Shown: in pieces, positions 7,594 to 10,981 of the stretch | Numbering within the stretch: the first letter of the stretch is position 1 | Layout of the letters: the number at the start of each line of letters is the position of its first letter | Origin: Coleofasciculus sp. B1-GNL1-01 | Lineage (GTDB): Bacteria; Cyanobacteriota; Cyanobacteriia; Cyanobacteriales; Coleofasciculaceae | Length of the DNA stretch: 10,981 nucleotides | Strand: one strand, 5' to 3' | NCBI GenBank assembly: GCA_040220235.1 | Contig: JAVJTO010000025.1 | Notes under the pieces: model-generated | Seen by the model: only the letters and a program-made list of their open reading frames with translations | Databases searched by the model: none | What the model was told of the DNA's origin: nothing | Translations under genes and position numbers: made by a program

Positions 7594-7721
7594 AGCTGTC
7601 ACGCATTTAAATTGGGAATGGGTAGCGAGCAAGATGCCCTGTAGCGAGCAAGATGCCCTGTAGCGAGCAAGATGCCCTGTAGCGAGCAAGATGCTCGCAC
7701 TACAAGGCTGAGAGCCATTAT
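7594..7721 (+). mobile_element. Truncated second copy of the 4829-4975 MITE family (left TIR and REP core, right TIR absent)
   Basis: TA + AGCTGTCACGCATTTAAATTGGG...GTAGCGAGCAAGATGC...CGCACTACAAGG matches the first copy. No TTTAAATG...CAGCT-TA follows. The right boundary is approximate. Confidence 0.8.
7622..7694 (+). repeat. 19-bp tandem repeat GTAGCGAGCAAGATGCCCT, three copies plus a 16-bp partial
   Basis: Units start at 7622, 7641, 7660 and 7679. The last one continues into the full hairpin ending TCGCACTAC (7703). Confidence 0.95.
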
Positions 7722-7777
7722 TCTATCTATATCATGGGAAAATGTACCGTCCTATAGACCCCAATCAACCGTGACCC

Positions 7778-7866
7778 GTAGGGTGGGTTAGGCGGTATTA
7801 AATTTAGGAAATGAACCGTTCAATAATAAATCCGCCGTAACCCACCAAGTTATCATTGATTCCAGA
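7778..7866 (+). repeat. 89-bp GTAG-led REPIN-like dispersed repeat, copy 2
   Basis: Direct repeat of 6464-6552 with 2 substitutions. Confidence 0.92.
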
Positions 7867-7869
7867 GGG

Positions 7870-7892
7870 AAATCAAATACCCAGCCGGATTT
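7870..7892 (+). repeat. 23-bp direct repeat AAATCAAATACCCAGCCGGATTT, copy 1
   Basis: Identical to 8724-8746. Confidence 0.9.
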
Positions 7893-7987
7893 ATACCAGC
7901 TAAAATAGTATTTTATACAGCCTGATCAATAATTTGAATTGTGCCGATTAGACGACGGCTAGAAAATAGATTTATATTGATTGGAGC

Positions 7988-8440
7988 ATGAGAACGATGA
8001 ATCTAGAGGCTGAATACGATCTGGACTTCTATGCTTGGATTCGTAAAAATGTAGAATTACTGCGGCGAGGCTGTTTGTCCGAAATTGATGTGGAGCATAT
8101 TGCTGAAGAGTTAGAAAGTATGGGCAAGTGTGACCTCCGTCAACTTCGCAGCCGCTTACAGGTTTTAGTCATGCACCTGCTCAAGTGGCAATATCAACCC
8201 GACAAACAAAGCAAAACTTGGCTAGTGACGATTGATCATCAGCGTGATGAAATTGAAACCCTATTGCTAGATAGTCCGAGTTTAAGAGGCGAGTTGGAGC
8301 AGGGATTGGCAAGGGTGTATCCGAAAGCTGTGCGAGATGCCTGTAGAGAAACGGGTCTTCCTGAGACGACATTTCCCTTATCCTGTCCTTTTGAGATAGA
8401 AGAGATTTTGGCTCAAGAGTTTCTGCCGGATTGTCATTAG
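7988..8440 (+). CDS. DUF29 family protein
   Basis: YDLDFYAW, IDVEHIAEELESMG, HLLKWQYQP, SPSL and FPLSCPF are typical DUF29 motifs; 150 aa. Confidence 0.92.
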   Translation: MRTMNLEAEYDLDFYAWIRKNVELLRRGCLSEIDVEHIAEELESMGKCDLRQLRSRLQVLVMHLLKWQYQPDKQSKTWLVTIDHQRDEIETLLLDSPSLRGELEQGLARVYPKAVRDACRETGLPETTFPLSCPFEIEEILAQEFLPDCH

Positions 8441-8535
8441 TTTTCGTAACTACTGTGATAATGGGGAGGAGAAATAGGAGTCTCCCCCGAACGCGATCGC
8501 ACCCGTTAGGGATGAGCCAAAACACCTGGGGTCAG

Positions 8536-8655
8536 GTAGGGGCGACCCGCTTGCACCAATGAACAACTCTAGAAACAGGGCGGGTTTACATAAGTTACTA
8601 GTTTTGAAGAGAATGTTATAGGTAAAACCCGCCCCTACAGACGGTCGGGTCGCCC
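8536..8655. repeat. Nested REP-like palindromes
   Basis: Outer arms GGGCGACCCG (8540-8549, within a GTAG-led unit from 8536) and CGGGTCGCCC (8646-8655). Inner arms GGGCGGGTTT (8578-8587) and AAACCCGCCC-CTAC (to 8638; GTAG on the minus strand). Confidence 0.8.
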
Positions 8656-10056
8656 GCTGATTGTGGAAATCCAAATAGATAGTCGAGGAAAGAGGGGAAC
8701 GAACACGAAAATGGAAGAGCTAAAAATCAAATACCCAGCCGGATTTGAAAATGCTGTGCAGGGGAATATGTCCAGCCCCACTCTCTTGATGTTAATCGCA
8801 GCGTTCCAATCTCTGTCTAGAATTAATCCGCATAGACACTCGTGTATTCGGACTGACAAATCTTTTTTAACTAGACGATTACAACAAGAGCATACCTGGC
8901 TTGTATTATAGGGTTTAACTTTCACCACCGTCTTACCAGCTTTTGCGGCTTTGTAAGCGAGAATTGACAAGAATTGACCCCAACCAGCATCATTGATTGA
9001 TTTGTTTAAACCTGACTTGGCACTCTGCCCATTTGGTAAATATTTTCCATCTTCATCCTGCTTGGGTTTATTTTGCTGTGATAAGTTAGCGGACTTGATA
9101 TCCTCAACAAAGAACACTTGTTCGTCCCGGCTCACCAGCCGCGTTGCTGATTCATAATGGAACTGCTTACGCTTCCGTTGTAACTTCTGATGGTGTTTAG
9201 CTATTTTCTTAGCTAGTTTCCGTCGCGATGCCGACTTGTGAGGCTTCTTGTCTTTGCGGTTTTGAAGCTTGGCTAATTTGTCTTCGGACTTGCGATAGTG
9301 CTGTTGAATAGCTTCTACGGTTCCATCAGATGCCGTCCAAAACTTCTCTAGACCTACATCAATTCCAATAGAATTATCCTCAGTCGCCTCTATCTCTGGC
9401 GACGTTAAACTTGGAACAGACTTATCTTCAAGTGTTAGCGCTATGTACCAACCATCTGCTTTCCGAGAAATCAGCGCTGCTTTAATGGTGAACCCTTCCG
9501 GGATTGGGCGGTGATAAATGACCTTAACCTGACCAATCTTAGGTAGATTGATTTGTGCAATGTTCCGTCTGGCTTCCCCGTTCTTGCGCTTATGAGGATT
9601 GGTAATAACTGTAAGGCAATCCGCCTTAAGCTGAGGGAAAGAGATTGTTCTGTATCGCTTAACAGACTTGAATCTAGGTTTACCACTCCGTCGCCGTTTG
9701 AAATCACCTTTTAGGAAACGATTGAACGTATCCTCTACTCTCTTGATTGCCTCCTGAATAACTTGAGAGTGAACGCCATCATATAGGCGATGATGAGACT
9801 CTCTTGACCAATGAGCAGCCCGTTTTTGGCTATAGTATGATGGCTGCTCTTTTAGCTCTGGCAGATGGGTGACAAGGATTGAGCAAGCATTGACAGGGGA
9901 ACGATTACAGTCCCATCAGTTAAACCGTTCTTCTAGCATCAAATTGTGTATTCGGCATAATTTATACAGCCATTCATTTAATTGAACTGACTGTTGCTTG
10001 TTAGGAACAATTCGATACTGATAATTTAGCTTAAATGTGTCTTTGCTTCGCTTCAA
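8635..10056 (-). pseudogene. tnpB: TnpB (IS200/IS605 OrfB) with one in-frame TGA at codon 47 and a replaced 3' tail
   Basis: TTG start at 10056 after a GGAGGTGA RBS: MKRSKDTFKLNYQYRIVPNKQQ...ERFN*WDCNR (TGA at 9918-9916). The frame then stays open through GKPRFKS, GIDVGL, VFFVEDI, DAGWGQF, TSQVCSCC...HECLCG and DRDWNAAINI. TnpB-like sequence appears to end near 8761 and the frame runs into repeat DNA to a stop at 8635. The track's 8635-9135 ORF is only the last third. Confidence 0.93.
8724..8746 (+). repeat. 23-bp direct repeat, copy 2 (next to the tnpB truncation point)
   Basis: Identical to 7870-7892. Confidence 0.9.
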
Positions 10057-10188
10057 AATTATCACCTCCCTACACTATAATAGCATGGTTGAATTGTTGA
10101 TTGAGGGGGATAAATCCCCCCCACTGGCAATTCATCTCAACGCCAAATCGAAGATTATGGCGTGAGGCTTCTTGCCGAGTCAGCTAAA
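8761..10188 (-). mobile_element. tnpB-only (IS1341-like) IS200/IS605 element, left end present and right end apparently lost
   Basis: Left-end hairpin GGCAA..CTCAACGCCA AATCGAAGATTA TGGCGTGAG..TTGCC (10126-10176), then TTTAG on the minus strand at 10188-10184. There is no room for tnpA between it and the tnpB start, and no HIP1 site inside. Confidence 0.75.
10077..10085 (-). promoter_or_regulatory. Candidate extended -10 promoter for tnpB (TGCTATTAT)
   Basis: TGn-TATTAT lies just upstream of the tnpB RBS and overlaps a plus-strand TATAAT at 10076-10081. Confidence 0.4.
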
Positions 10189-10260
10189 CGACTGGCTGGA
10201 GAAGAGGATTGATTGGTGCGACCAAGATATCCTGAAGGTGTGACGCTTACGGGAGGGAAA

Positions 10261-10962
10261 ATGAATCCGGCTAGTCTTGACCAACAATTAATTCCTACTT
10301 TAGAGAATGGCGATCGCTTGAGTCGTGCTGAATTTGAGCGACGCTATAATCTGATGCCTGATCTGAAAAAAGCGGAATTAATCGAAGGAGTCGTTTACGT
10401 GCCATCACCTCTACGCTACAACCGACATGGCAAACCCCATGGCAAAATTATTGCTTGGCTGGAAGTTTATGCGGCTTCGACTCCAGGGGTTGAGGTAGCT
10501 GATAATGCGACGGTACGCCTGGATTTAGATAATGAACCGCAGCCGGATGCGTTGCTGCGGCTAGATGAACAGAGTGGGGGGCGATCGCGAATTAGTGAGG
10601 ATGACTATGTTGAAGGAGCGCCAGAGCTAATTGGGGAAATTGCCGCCAGTAGTGCGTCTTACGATCTTCATGATAAGTTACGGGCTTATCGGCGCAATGG
10701 GGTACGGGAGTATCTGGTGTGGTTGGTGCAGGATAGAGTGTTTCGCTGGTATATTCTGGAGCAGGGGGAGTATCGACAGCAGCAAGCGGATTCCTTGGGA
10801 ATGTTGAGTAGTCTCTTTTTTCCAGGGTTACGGTTGGATATGCAGGCGCTGTTGCGGGGAGAGATGTCGCGAGTTCTAAGTGTGCTACAGGAGGGACTTG
10901 GTTCGCCAGAGCATCAGGATATGTGGAGGAATTATCGAGAGCGTCGCTCCAGTAACCGTTAA
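10261..10962 (+). CDS. Uma2 family (DUF820) putative restriction-endonuclease-like protein
   Basis: LENGDRLSRAEFERRY, KAELIEGVVY, EPQPDA, GAPELIGEIAASS, YRRNGVREYLVW and FPGLRLD. ATG 10261 with a GGGAGG RBS is preferred over GTG 10213 (233 aa). Confidence 0.93.
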   Translation: MNPASLDQQLIPTLENGDRLSRAEFERRYNLMPDLKKAELIEGVVYVPSPLRYNRHGKPHGKIIAWLEVYAASTPGVEVADNATVRLDLDNEPQPDALLRLDEQSGGRSRISEDDYVEGAPELIGEIAASSASYDLHDKLRAYRRNGVREYLVWLVQDRVFRWYILEQGEYRQQQADSLGMLSSLFFPGLRLDMQALLRGEMSRVLSVLQEGLGSPEHQDMWRNYRERRSSNR

Positions 10963-10981
10963 ACTGAAGTTCCCCCAGCCA

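Larger units (their letters stand above)
746..10588. repeat. HIP1 octamer GCGATCGC, 14 dispersed copies
   Basis: Starts at 746, 2561, 3471, 3583, 3925, 4483, 5442, 5769, 5857, 6075, 6606, 8493, 10310 and 10581 (manual count). A cyanobacterial signature. Confidence 0.9.

Noticed and set aside
7622..7703. CRISPR array
   Set aside because: The 19-bp units are directly adjacent with no spacers, lie inside a MITE arm, and have no cas genes nearby.
7492..8911. ORFs 7492-7689, 8181-8525, 8450-8674 and 8663-8911
   Set aside because: They run through repeat DNA or lie antisense to DUF4058, DUF29 or tnpB, with no protein signatures.
9471..9707. 78-aa ORF
   Set aside because: Off-frame shadow within tnpB.
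9916..9918. TGA read as Trp (alternative genetic code)
   Set aside because: TGA serves as the stop of the antitoxin gene (4991-4993), and the other genes read normally under code 11.
8635..10056. Nuclease-dead TldR-type regulator
   Set aside because: The RuvC D-E-D residues are intact and the transposon left end is still present. Inactivation is by a nonsense codon, not catalytic substitution.
1..10188. Composite transposon formed by the two tnpB elements
   Set aside because: The elements differ in sequence and are in opposite orientation, one lacks its right end, and IS200/IS605 single-strand excision needs matched ends on the same strand.

Overview
Cyanobacterial accessory region (14 HIP1 GCGATCGC octamers counted by eye). 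The left half is a minus-strand surface-glycan locus: a Wzz-like chain-length protein, a CapD/PglF-type sugar dehydratase and an O-antigen-ligase-like membrane protein. It is interrupted by a VapBC-type toxin-antitoxin pair. The toxin, missed by the ORF track, is destroyed twice: a TA-duplicating MITE sits in its catalytic Asp codon, and an internal deletion removes its middle. The right half holds small, often multicopy cyanobacterial genes (DUF4058, DUF29, Uma2) separated by nested GTAG-type REP palindromes, MITE arms and direct repeats. Two IS200/IS605 tnpB elements point into the window: a 3' end with an intact right end at 1-141, and a near-complete tnpB at 8635-10056 with one nonsense codon, an intact left end and no recognisable right end. 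Family assignments come from motif recognition, not database searches.
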